From: Lama guanicoe
Taxonomy: Eukaryota
NCBI GenBank assembly: GCA_013239625.1
Contig: MU054187.1
Location: forward strand, 23,622,795-23,686,794
Direction: 5' to 3'
Length of the DNA: 64,000 nt
In this document: in pieces, positions 25,871-38,445 of the stretch
Layout of the letters: every line of letters starts with the position of its first letter
How positions within the stretch are numbered: the first letter of the stretch is position 1
The notes under the pieces: model-generated
Databases searched by the model: none
What the model was told of the DNA's origin: nothing
Seen by the model: the letters and a program-made list of their open reading frames with translations, nothing else
Made by a program: the position numbers and the translations under genes

Positions 25871-28800
25871 AATTTCAGAGTGGGAGAAGACAGGCAGACG
25901 TGAAAAAGGCTAAGGACATGAACAACGGCACAGGTTCCCACAAGTGCCTCCTTTTCCCTCTTTCCTGGAGAACCATCATTCCCAGAAACTCGTGGATTAA
26001 GGCCCATGTCTTCCAAAGCTTCCAGTGTTTCTATTCTGGGTCTCTGAGGATAATACTCTTTCACACATATGCACATCACACTATATGCAGAAGGACTTGA
26101 CTATTGCGGGAAAAGGAGACAGGAATTATGCTCTAGGCAGAAGTTGGTGAGAAGAATTCTATTGCTGGGGCTGTGCTGCGTGTGGCTAAAGTGAACTTTT
26201 AGTGTGTTTTCCAATCACAATATAGTTAAAATTACTATGGTCAATATCCAGGATTTAAAAGAGAATTTTCATAAAATTTACTTTGAAATTCCGCTTGTTA
26301 GGATCTTTAGGAAGTCTCATTTTTGATCTCCTGCTTGAAAAAAAAAAATCTCTCACCAAGACCTCTTTAAATTAGCTGGCTGGGATGTGATGGGTCAAAG
26401 CAGGGTTCCTCAATGATCCCTGGAACACAACCCACATCCCAGAGGCAACAGTGGACCACAGGCTGTAAAAGCAGATAAAACCGCATGATATGTAGACGAG
26501 TCAAGTTCAAAATGTCATTGGACATTTGTGGGGTGGGGGGAGGGTAGACAGAAAAGAATCATATCTGATGGAGAAAGAGGCTGTTTAGGGGAAAAGTCAA
26601 ATTTGAAAGCCAGAAAGGCCAGAATGAACAGCCTACATCCTCACCCCCCAGGTGTGGAGTGACTGCCTAGAGCACGAACTCATCTTTGGAACTTGCCTTT
26701 AGGTCCAGCAGAGGCCTGATGAACGGGTGACCAGAAACAGAGCAAAGATGCAGCGAAGTAGTGAGTAGCAAAGACCATTCAGGTACTACAGTTACGCTCG
26801 CGTCATAGCCCCATCCTTAAGAAGATGTGCATCTCCTAATCTTTAACAAGAACACCTACCCTTCCTGACTCCTGCGTATTCTCCCCACTTCAGCATCCTT
26901 ACGTCATAAGGAACTTTGGACTTGACTGATTCAGGAATAGAAGCCACTTTATACTGACTGGCACCCGAGACCGTCCTTCCCCCCCAGCCAGACAAATAAT
27001 CCTCTGGAGTATCACACCCTCGTCTCAGCCAAGACCTCCTCTAGACCATGGCTTTGAGGAAGAGCAACAGAACTCCTGCTAGTAGGTGTGCAATCCTACA
27101 AGTCTGAGTCGGGGCCATGAGGGTAGAGGAAAGAAAAACCTATGAGAAAAAGGAGTAAGAGGGTTGGCATACAGATGGAAGAGTGTTTCTGTCCAAAAAG
27201 GAGATGTTTCTAATATTCCAAAGCAAGTGAGCTCAACTAGGAAGTAGATTGTAAGGCTTTTGTCTGCTTTTCAACAGGCAGTTAAGTGCTTAAATAAATT
27301 AGATATAATGTTCCTAAAATTCATTTCTTTCATTTTGGCTGTTTGTGCACATTAATCATCCAGTGATATAAGGAAACATTCTTGTCTGTAACCAACTTAC
27401 CTCCCCTTCTATCAGCGGCTTCAATTTCCCCACCTTCCAAAAAATGCTCTCACCATAGAGAACACCTGTTCCATGCCCCAATTATTCATCTCTCAATATC
27501 TTGGCTAAACACACATTTTCAGTGCCCAAAAGCTCCATTCCCACCTTACAAATTTTTATTGTATTTTAATGATCCAGCATCAGAAATCATTAATACTTAG
27601 TAGTTCCCTAATGGGAAAGTTTGTAAAACTTTGTATAAAGCTCTGCTTTATGGAACACATTGCACGAGATTATAATATTTTTGTTTTAATACACTAAGCA
27701 CAGGAATCATGTCTTTCTTAGTTTTCAATTCCAAGCACCAAATACGACGCCAGCATACTAAATAGACACTAAATAATTTTTCTACTGAAGTGCTAACGTT
27801 AAAAAGGTAAAAAGTTCTAAACTTTTCACATCTTGAAGTAAAAACCCATGAAAGTTTAAATGTGATACTACTATTAATTTCATTTTTAAACCACTTCATC
27901 AAATATGAACAATTTCATTTTTTTTTCTTAGGATCCACTTACTTTTCCTTGAGAAAGCCGAAAGGGAGCTGAACTATTAATCAGATCATTTCTGTAAAAC
28001 TAATAATCAGATTATCAATCAATTTAATATAAAATATGCAAAAGGCCAGTTGGTAAATAATGGAGATATTTCTTCTCTTAAAATTCGTATTTAACATGTA
28101 CAAGACCATCATTCAGAAGCCCCTGAAATTTACTAAAGCAGCCCCCAGCGTCTGGAGTTCTTTGCTGTGGTTTTTACGCCTCTAGTTTTTATGACCCTCT
28201 GGGAGTTGCAGTTTTTCCTGTGGTGCTTGGTACCAGACCCTCTGTCACACATGCTGTTTCCAGGCCATGATGCTCATTATCTTAATGGACAATTACAGCT
28301 CTCCGACAGATTTCTCAATCACTGCAGTTAAGAGGAAGATTTTCTTCACTGCCTACACTTTCAGCTTTTGAATAGCAAATGCCATTTACTTATTTTTTTC
28401 CCTTTGAACCATTTTCTCAGTTTCGTAAAAACAAACCACTACCCTGTCAAACATTAAGAAAGAATAAAGTTCTAAAATCTGATATTAAGATCTAGCTAAA
28501 AATGAAGTTAAATATCCTTTTTAATGGGAAAATTTTAGGGGGGAAAAGTGTTTTTCTGCTTCATAACAGAGAAAAGGTGGAAACTGAACAGAACTGTAGG
28601 AATTTAAGTCATCTTTCACATTGTTTTTCAGAATTTTTAATTATACTCTCAAAACATTCTAGATGCATTTTAGATGGATTAAACTTAAAATTCTCCTCAG
28701 AATATCCAGTCTTAATCCTTTAGCCCAGCCAAAGCTATAATCATTGACTACTGAACTGTAACAAATTTCCATGAGTGGTGTATGTACTTCTAGCCTGAGA

Positions 28801-28924
28801 AATCTAGAAAATTTTAATACTTTTTTTCTCAAAATAGAGCAAAGCATAATGATTTTTTTTAATTTCAAAAGATCTATGAAGTAGCAGTTATCTAGCAGAG
28901 ATCAGTATCAAACATAACTTCCAA

Positions 28925-29095
28925 AAATCGCTTCTCTTCATTGAACACCTACAAGGTACTAGTCCCTTCATAAACATCTTTTCACCTCTAAACATATACA
29001 ACAGGTACAGAACAGCGAAGTGACCTGTTGAAAGTCACATAGCTGATAAATGAATGAGCTGGGACTCGAATCCAAATCTGTGTTCACACTACCTC
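28925..29095 (-). mobile_element. MIR SINE
   Basis: 'cattgaacacctac…gaagtgacctgttgaaagtcacatagctgataaa…gagctgggactcgaatccaaatctg'. Confidence 0.75.
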
Positions 29096-29652
29096 TTGCT
29101 TCCTCTCAATTGGAAGGATTGCACAGGGATGGCACAATACCCTTATTTTGGATTTTAAGGAATTCTCCATTACTTCCAGTACAACTGGCCTTGAAATTCC
29201 AAATCAATCATGACTCTACTGCAAACTTCTATTTCCTAGGCTCTAAGTTAGTTGCTGGGAGTCTCTGAACTAAAATATTTGAAAAACAGTATGCACCATT
29301 GATTTTTATTGGCAATTCAATACATACATTTCCATGGAAAATAATAAACAACTAAAAATACAGGCTTTGTTTTTCACATTTCATGCAACTCTCTTTAAGT
29401 GTATTAAGTGTCTAGTTTAGCCAATTTCCATTTCTAAGTACTGACAACTAAAGTTTTGACTTGTATTGTGTTTTTCATTCATCACATTCTTTTCCCCTTT
29501 AAAGATATTGCCATCACTTTTCTGGCAAAACGAATTACAAATGTGACTTTTCTTATAATATTTTTTGTAGTTTTTGTTGAATCAACATTGAGCATGCTTG
29601 TATACTGAAAAGCAATTTTCTACAAATATTTACCTAAGAGTGAAGTTTCAGT

Positions 29653-29727
29653 ATATCTATCTATCTATCTATCTATCTATCTACCTAAATATATCTATAG
29701 ATATCTATAGATATACACATATATATG
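29653..29727. repeat. (TATC)n / (TA)-rich microsatellite
   Basis: Direct reading. Confidence 0.95.
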
Positions 29728-30334
29728 TGCAGTCACTCAGTTTTGCTGTATATGAGTAGTTTTCAATTCCTGTTCTGTCTTCCAGCTCCAATGGGCATAT
29801 CTAAAAAGATACATCATATTTGGGTTGCATTTTTCCATATTTCTTTATCACTGTAGCTCACACTGAAAAACTGACTGATTGTAAAGGGAGAGTCTATAAA
29901 AAATTTGGTATGTAAAAAGATAATGCAAATTAGGTAACTTAATTTATCTCACTCAACCCAAACAGATTTGAAAAAAACATATGCTAACTAAGTAGTAGAT
30001 TTGGAAACTAAATGAGCGAGTACATCTCTGTTAACTAGTTCAGAACACTTGATAAACAGTAGAAATGAAAATTCTGATAGGATAATTCTTTAGGAAGACT
30101 GCTGCTTCCTTAATTAAAAATTTGTTTTCTTTCTCTCCATCCATTCCCTCAATTTTAATATAACTGTCAGTTATTTGCAGAGATGCTGGTTAAAAGCAGA
30201 CTGGAATGTATTTGACGCTCTTACTATTATGATTATCATTTATAGTATGTATTTAAACAATACTGTACATTTTCCAAGCCTTTATACACATGTAGTTTTA
30301 TATACATTTAGTTGTCACAATGTCTCTCAGAAAA

Positions 30335-30990
30335 CTGGTATTCTCCCAGAAGTAGAACGTAACTCCCCTCTCCTTAAATGTGGGTTATGCATGGTGACTT
30401 CCTCCCAAAGAGAACAATATGGTGGGGGAGTAATACAGAACCCAGAAAAGCACCACCTCAGTCAAATGATGAAAATTAACAGTAGTGAAAATCATGTCTA
30501 TCGACTTTCGTATGTTGACATGATGAGACGAACATGGTAATTTTCCACTGCAGTCTTCCCCCTAAATCGCATAATCCTAGCCTAACCATGAGGAAGTCAT
30601 TAGACAAATATCAATTAAGAGACATTCCACAAACGCACCTGACTGCTACTCCTCAAAGCTGTCAAGGTCATCAGAAACAAGGAAAACCTAAGAACCTGCC
30701 ATTATAGCAGAGAGGAGCCTCAGGAGATACGGCAACTGAATGTAATGTGGCGTCGTGAATGGGACCTTGGAACGAAAAACAGATAAGGTATAAACTAAGT
30801 AAATCTGAATAAAGTGTGGACGTTAGTTAATAATCGTGTATAGATCTTGGACCATTAATTGTGACAAATGTACCACACTGACGTAAGATGTTAATAACAG
30901 GGTAAGCTTGTTCTGGAGGATGAGGGAACTGTCTGTATTACTGCCACAACCTTTCAGTAAATCTAATTCTATCCTAAAATAAATGAACTA
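30335..30990 (+). mobile_element. L1MC3/L1MD-type 3'UTR
   Basis: 'taactcccctctccttaaatgtggg…gtgacttcctcccaaagag…ctcctcaaagctgtcaaggtcatcagaaacaaggaaa…aaatctgaataaagtgtggac…gtgacaaatgtaccacact'. Confidence 0.85.
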
Positions 30991-31012
30991 AAATATAAAC
31001 AGGGAAATAATT

Positions 31013-31076
31013 CACACACACAAGTGCACACACAAACACACACACACAACAAACACACACACACACACACACACAT
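31013..31076. repeat. Interrupted (CA)n microsatellite
   Basis: Direct reading. Confidence 0.9.
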
Positions 31077-32303
31077 ATCCTAAGTTAACGTTAGAAAAAC
31101 AGAGTTTCTCTGAGATCCAATGATCTATCTGGATCACTAGTAGAGGCTGAATTTGAACAAATAAAGTATTTTTAAACCTAAAAGCAAAGCTTTCCTCTAA
31201 TATAACAGAGTCGTTTCTTGAACAGCAATCTTTGTAGACTTGACACATTCACTTAAGTTAAAAATAGCAGGTTATTTGCCAGAAGATGAGCAGAAAGAGA
31301 AGGGTTAATTTAAAAAAAAATATATATATATGCATCAAGTATGGAAAACTACCACACTCATACACACTGACGAATAGTTGAGCAAGAGTTTAATTTTTCC
31401 ACCAGTAAAGCATACAGGATGGGCAGTTCTTTTTTGGAAACAGTGCAATCCAATCATTTAGATCCCCATTTCCGCAGTCACAGCTTTAAGGAAGTTTTCT
31501 GCAGATGCTAGCTTTATTTGCTCTGCTCTATCTTTTCATTTATCCAGAGGTCATTCTTATCTCTCCACTTGGCTGAACTTCAAGGTTGCCCCAGCTTATC
31601 TTCGTGATGTCTCTGCACCCGACGTCCCCGATCTTATTAAAACAGCTCACCTCTGTTTTCAGCTTGTGATTTTTCTAGGCAGTATTTTTAACCCATTCGT
31701 TCTTCCTTCACCAAGTTTATCGTATACAGCTGAATATTTTCTAAGCCAAGCTTATAATCAATCATGTCCTAAATACTTTTTAAGAAGGAAATAAATGCTT
31801 CAATCATTTTCTTCCTCAAAGATAGGACCTAACAAAACAACTAAGTTTCTTTTTGTAAACAACAATTTTTATTAATTTACCATGAGCTTGTGTCTAGTAA
31901 AAAGCAATCTTTTCAGCTCAGTAAATGGGCTAATGTTCTTTCTTTCCCAAATCGAAAATCAGTCAAAAAGATTTTCCATAACAATCTCCAATGTTACATA
32001 TTCTATATATGTACCTAATGCTTTTTTTGTTTTTTTTTGCTTTTATGTAAAGCTTTGCCTGGGGTAGGATTCTGACCTCTTTCCCACCCTAGGAAGAGAA
32101 GTCCCAAGACATGTGGAATATAATAAACTTGCTCCTGAATCTAACGCACACTCACGATGCTAACTGTTGGCCACTAAACCACACAACGAAAGCTGCAGCT
32201 GCTGGTACTAGAAGGAGGGGAGGAGAGAGGTCGCTTTCAGCTGCATCGACCCAGGAATCTGGCTCCTTGATTTCTGAGTTTTGTATCCCAGCCCTACATT
32301 TAC

Positions 32304-32793
32304 TGTCTCACTTCCCTCAAAGAAGAACCAGATTAGGACAGTGTTTAAAGCAGTTAAAACAAAATTTGTTTTCCAGGATTGTTACATCAGAGAAAAAGAG
32401 ACCTCAGTAGAGAACTGGACTCAATTTCAAGTGCAGCAGAGGTTAAGTGGGAGAAGGGTGGGGGCCTGGAAGTAAAAAAATTACTAAGAGGAAAGATTGG
32501 GGTAGGGGGGTTTCTGGCTAAACCAACCTAATAGGATCCTTGCTGAAGACAGGCCAGGGTTCTCAGACATCACCTGGGGGATGAGGATGAAAAGTCTGAT
32601 CAGATATTGAGGGTGATCATATTTTGTTAGTTCTACTACTTGTCAAAGCTTTGTTGAGAGGGAGGAGGGTTCCAGTTAAACTGACCTAGCAGGGTTCTCA
32701 CTAAAACTTGATTTTATAAGAAAGTGCACTGATGGGTCTAGGAAAAGGTTCAAGAGACTGGCTAGAGTCTGATCAAGCAAAGACTCTTTGTCA
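32304..32793 (-). repeat. 3' LTR of the MER31-like provirus
   Basis: Minus strand starts 'tgacaaagagtctttgcttgatcagactctagccag…cctagacccatcagtgcactt', matching recalled MER31. Left boundary is 32304 or ~32315. Confidence 0.85.
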
Positions 32794-32806
32794 GTCCCAC
32801 TTCTTG
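32794..32806 (-). other. Polypurine tract of the provirus
   Basis: Minus strand CAAGAAGTGGGAC immediately precedes the 3' LTR TGACA. Confidence 0.7.
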
Positions 32807-34787
32807 TTCAAGTGAGAGGAATCAAGGAAAGAAGAGATATTCTTTTCTCCTTTGAACAACATAAGTCCATTTCTCATCAGGTTGTCTCTAATTCACTGAG
32901 GACCAGTTGAATCAGCTGTTGGAAGCAGAATATTTGTTATATAGTACCAGCAGTCAGGTATTTAATAAGGGGAGTTTCTATGAAAATAAAAGAAAAACAA
33001 AGATTCATAGTTAAAAATCCAGTTACTGAATTCAGTTGGCAACCAGTCAAGATTTCTAGATGATGGACTCAAAACATCATTACATGGTAGAGTGAGGGCA
33101 CCACTGGCAAGAGATTTTCTGGTTTGCAATCTGAATATCTCTGATGTTGGTATAGGGTGTTCCCGTGAACCTTCTGAATGGCTCACATACTAGGAATGAA
33201 GGTTGCCCACTCATGACCTGTCATGGTGATTTCTCTGAAAATTATATTAAGTCTTCCAACTTCAGTGTGCAGGGCTTTGGGAAAAGATAATTTTAATTCT
33301 TAATGGTTTCATGTCAAAAGGGAGAAAAACTAGAAACATTAATTTGGAGAGTTGTAGCCAGATAAAGGAGGAAAAGCAGAATTTGAGATCCAGCCCAGTT
33401 TGTAGGTAGATCACAAAACTTTAAAGACAATGAACAGGACTAGAATTTAATATTCACAAGAGTATGCTACAGTTTTCCATGGAAATAATTTTTCTATCTG
33501 CAATCACCCCCATTTCTATTAAAGATAGTCAAAGTAAGATAAATTTGTTTGCAAAATGAATCTATTCTCATTAAACTTAATCTGATTATTTACATAAGTG
33601 CAGCAAAAACTGTGATTGGCCACATAGGTGTTTTGAATTTGTTCTGCTGGAAATTCTCATAACAATCTCAGATTGGACTGACTTTTAAAAGTCTCTTGAG
33701 GCTAGAAAGGCAAGTCAAGGACTTGCCATCAGGCATTGCAGACACCTGCAATACCTATAGGTTTGAGTGAATTCCTTCCTTCTCAAGGTCCCCATAATAT
33801 CTTGAGGTTCCTGGGCCTGCAAGAAAATGACCTTCCCTACTAAGCTATAAAGCCAGGAACCCTACCAGCAAGACCAAATCATTTTTTGAAGGGGGGCATT
33901 GTTGACTCCATAAAGTCAAACATAGTTCCTTAAAGCTGTCTGGTCACCCCTGATTATAAGCACATCTTTCTCATATGTAACACTCCAGTCAAAGCCTTGG
34001 CAATACAGGCAATGTTTCAAATTCTGTCCTTTTACAAAGAGAACAGATTCTTACTGAACTTACGCAAATAACTATATTTCCATGGAAATAAGAATACTCA
34101 TTAAAATTTCTAGATTCTGGAGGGATCAGATAAGGAGAAAAAGATAAATGTTTAAATCCTATTTACAAAGGTATGATTTACCAAATTGCTATAAATTATA
34201 GATAGCTTAAGAGGTGAGAGTTAAAGATTTTCTTAAATCTGGAAAAAAAAAATTAAAGAACCAGTAATGTTTCAAACAAAGAATCATAAAAATTATAATC
34301 ATCCTCATCAGTTTATTTAGTTCCATGTTGATTTAATTTAATTCCTGGTTTGCTTGATCTTGGGATGGCAGTTTTATGGATCCAGTTTTCCCTTTAGAGT
34401 TCTGGAAATTTTTACTCAGTTTAGAAAAATTATTAGAAATCTACACTTCTCAGAGTCCTTTGCATGAATCTCTTTTTAGGTGAAACACTCTACAAAAGCA
34501 TCAGAGTAAAACAGAAACTCTTACACAACTCCTGAGAAACCTAAGAATCTTACCCAGCCTCTGTCTTTCTGGGATTCTAACCCAGATTTTAGAGTATGTT
34601 CAGAATCTTAAAAATCAAAATCTGTCCCTACCAGCTCGAACAGACATTTGTCTGGAGCAATGGTTTAGGGGTCGGACTCACCAAAGGATCCCCAATCAAT
34701 CGGTCAGCAGTGAAAACAAAGGCTTCAAAGGTACACATTTAGGCTCCTGGGTGAGTGCTCTCGGGGTCCAGTGATGAACCTGATCCT

Positions 34788-34805
34788 ATCCAAGTCACAG
34801 CACCA
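34788..34805 (-). other. Primer-binding site, tRNA-His
   Basis: Minus strand TGGTGCTGTGACTTGGAT versus the tRNA-His complement TGGTGCCGTGACTCGGAT (16/18). Both mismatches are CpG C>T; the site starts 4 nt after the LTR end. Confidence 0.88.
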
Positions 34806-34809
34806 TAAC

Positions 34810-35238
34810 TGTCAAGGAAAAATTAGAGCTGGACGGTAGTTAAAGCAGGAAAAGTCAATTTTATTTGGGACGATTGCAACAGGAGATAAAAGACCTTGGT
34901 ATGGAACTCGGATCAATTCCAAGTACACCATGGGCAAGTGGCAAGTGCCAAAAACCAGAGTGGGGGGCAGTGGCTGGAAAATTAATAAGAGGAACCACTA
35001 AGGGTTAAGACATGTTCTCGCTAAACCAACCTAAGAGGATTCTTCCTAAAGACAAGCCAGAGCGATCAGACATCACTTGCAAGATGGTGAAGGATAAGGG
35101 ACCTGATCAGATATTGGGGGTGAGGGGGATAGTCTAGTTAAATGACTTAGCAAAGTTCATGGATTTTACAAAGAAGTAACAGATGGGTCTAGGAGAATAT
35201 TCAGGAGCCTGACTCACTTGGTCAAACAAAGAATGTCA
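34810..35238 (-). repeat. 5' LTR of the MER31-like provirus
   Basis: Homologous to 32315-32793 (shared 'gctaaaccaacctaa', 'cagacatcac', 'ctgatcagatattg', 'gatgggtctagga'). Confidence 0.88.
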
Positions 35239-36354
35239 TTTATTTCATCATTTTAAAATAAACTCCTTTTGTGAAAAACCCCCCAGGTACTCAAATATTC
35301 CCCTAGGGTGAGGAATATTTATGCTTATCCACAGGGCCTAACAGAGCTCTGGCAAGAAGTAAAACTTCCATAAATGTTTATTGAATTACTGACCTCGTTT
35401 AGGACAGGAACTAAAACTGACATGTGAAGACCATCCCAGAAAGTGAGTATAGAAAAGAACTGCATTTTAGTTTAGTTTCCATTTGTGTCATTGCTTTTAA
35501 CAACAGGAAAATGACCTGTGGGTTTCAAGAACAGAATAAAACTTAAAGAAGGTAGCCATAAGAAGCTGGTTCTAAAGATTTTTTTTTCCCTTGAATAATG
35601 TTAGGTTGTTAAAAAATTATAGAAGGCTAGAGTTACAAAGTATGGCTAAGTCTAAAGGTAAAAGCTGAAGAACATTCAATTCAACCATAAAAAGGACCTT
35701 TGAAATAAAGCTGATGATCCTTGGGGACAGCTGGATTTAACCATCATCGCTGTGGTTCCAGTGGGATTGTTTAAATCAGCTACATAAACAGAGCTTTTCC
35801 ATTCTGTTTAACAAATCGCGAATCAGTATCCTTTCTGATGTCAAGCCTGCCTCTAAAGTGACTGAGATGCTAGTGCCCATTTCCCTTGAAATAGTACCGT
35901 TTTCATGAATGAAGGCAAGAAGTGAGACGGAATAACGTGCCTAATGAAACTGCATCTTCCGATTTTTTTCTAATTTCAGGCTCCCCTCTGCTCCCACACT
36001 GCTGCTTCCCTGAGGTTCCTATAATAGCAAGGAAACAAAGATTTGTTGTCAGGGAACAGCAGTCCTGACTCATGCTGTGTCCTTAAAGGTTTGCCAAAAA
36101 CTATTGGAGTCAATTCTATCATTCAGTGATTCAGAGTAATTCTGAGACAGCAAAAAGACCCTAGAAGAGTCCGCCCATTCACTGAACAAGTTCAGGAGTT
36201 GTAGGCTGTAGAAATTGGATCCATTTCTTCTGTTTGGCCAAATCTTAGTTCTATTTTCAGAAAAAAAATCCCTTGCAAAAATTCCTGCCAACACTATTAA
36301 TATTTATTTAATATTCTCAAAAGACTTGTTTATAGTTACTCTAATAAAACTACT

Positions 36355-36500
36355 GTTTCAGAGCTGAAAGGACCTAGATGTCAACTATTCCAGCTCAAAA
36401 AAAAAAATCTCATTTTATAGACAAGGAAACTCGGGTGTGTCCAGTATTACACAGCTAAAGAATATAAGTTAGGAACACAGGTCTCCTGATTGTACTATTT
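36355..36500 (-). mobile_element. MIR (MIR3/MIRc-like) fragment
   Basis: 'gagctgaaaggacctaga…ctcattttatagacaaggaaact…aggtctcctga'. Confidence 0.7.
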
Positions 36501-38309
36501 GTAGACATGTACTATTTTTACCATGTTCTTCTTCTGTTCAATAAACATTTCTGTGTAGAATAACACACACACACACACACACACAAATGTTTAAAGGAAG
36601 GAAAAGCCTTGAAACATAATTTGGTTTCCTCCTTAACTTGAAGGGGTCAAAGTATTTGTGATTAATGAGGATCAACCTTACTTTTAAAATACACCCAAAG
36701 AACTTGGCAAGTCTTTTTCCAAAATTAACAGTGATTGATCTATGGAAAATCTTCCTCCAAGGATATGAATTCCTTTTCTGTGGAAACACATTTAATCCAT
36801 CAATTGCGAAAGCCTTCTATTTGTAGGAAAATGCCCCAGATGCCAATCATAACATGACAGACTTGGGAAGCAACCACATTTTGAATATGCACTTTCTGGT
36901 ATATGTGTATTAAAACAACCACACACTGTCAACTAAAGAAAATACTACTTTTTTAATTTAAGTATAATGTGACATATGAGATAAGATCTAGGTAAATACT
37001 AATAGTTTGAATAGCCAGTACTCTCAAAACTGCCCTAGGCTGCTTTCTTTTACGTTCTTGAGGCCGCTGGACCCTTTCCTGGCTTCTCCCAGACCATCGG
37101 GAAACCGCAGCTACTGAAACCAGAGCTGGGTCCTTCCTGCACAAGGTCATGCCACGCGGTTCCGCTCAGTCCCCCTTCTCATCTTCCCTGTACTTATATC
37201 TCAGGGCTTGGTTTCCTGTCTGGGACGAAGCACCAACTTACAGTCGGAAAAGGAATAGACAAAGTTTCTTTTATAACCAACTCTTAAGGCTTTTTTTTTT
37301 TTCTGAGAAGAAAGACCAACTATTAAAGTAAGCATGTGTGTATCACACTGTCATCATCTTGCTTCCTTCCCTTCTCCTTTCTCAGTCTGTCCTTCGATAA
37401 TCTCCCCAACACACACACACACGTGCACACACAATCTCTTCCCCGACACACACACTGAGATGGGTTCACAGGCATATAACCTCCCTAGTAGAAATTTTAA
37501 ATGTCCAAGTTTTATGACGTGCTTTTCTTGCAAAAGTTTTCATTAGGTAACCATAGCCAAGTGTGTTTCCCTTCCTTTGTTTCAGAACCTATTTCAGCAA
37601 TTCTAAACGTAACACTATGAAAGTGGTAAAAATAATAACAATAGATTTATTACAATTCTGTTGAATTTCTCTGTTTTACTCCCAATAAAAATGATTACTG
37701 CTTTCTGTACAGTATCTTTTCTCTTTTACTTCAAATTAAATAAGTTAATTTTTTTAACTTTATAACTAGTTAACACTTTGCATACTTTTTTAAAGGCTCT
37801 TTTTGAAACACTTAATAAGGCTGAATTTGATTTTATTTCACTTGATCCAATTAATCTACTTTTAGAAAAATTGGTTTCATTTAAATTTAAGGACCTGCAT
37901 TCATTCAACAAACACACAGATAGTCCTTGCTTTTAAATAGTCCACGAAGACACCCCAGTATACATAATACTAAATACATGTGGACAATCCTCTCTAGAAA
38001 CCTGTAATAAGAAGAGAATGAAGAAAGGAGCCACCTTCTAGCAGTCACGAAGATTTACTAGAGGGCACGAATATGTAGAATTCAGAAATATGTGCAAAAG
38101 TGTAGCTAATATAGGGAAACAGAAATACAAGCAAATAAAAAAACATATTTTATAATTGCTTTTGACTGGCACTGGCATATTACATGCATCTAGTAAATAT
38201 TAAGCCTTTCTAGATGGATTAAAATCCTCAATGGAATCTACCATTTATGGGGCTTAATATCTCTTACAGTAAAGCTTGTTCTAATTTTATTTGTAATTTA
38301 TGCCACAAA

Positions 38310-38445
38310 AAATTCCACTAGAATATAAACTTCATGTACACAGGAGTTGTTTGTTTCTTTCCATCGCATGATAAGCATTAAGAACAATGTTTGACTCATA
38401 ATATGCATTGAATAAATATTTGTTAAACTGACTAAATGAATAAAT
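38310..38445 (+). mobile_element. L2 3' end
   Basis: 'ccactagaatataaacttcatg…agaacaatgtttgactcataatatgcattgaataaatatttgttaaa…tgaataaat'. Confidence 0.8.

Larger units (their letters stand above)
32304..35238 (-). mobile_element. Two-LTR, internally deleted ERV1 provirus (MER31-like LTRs, MER4-group internal region)
   Basis: Direct repeats at ~32304/32315-32793 and 34810-35238; both begin TGACA on the minus strand. PBS next to the right LTR, polypurine tract next to the left LTR, and a ~2 kb non-coding interior. Confidence 0.9.

Noticed and set aside
32794..34790. gag/pol/env coding capacity in the provirus
   Set aside because: Only a short ORF (32962-33186) with no retroviral motifs; the interior appears non-coding.
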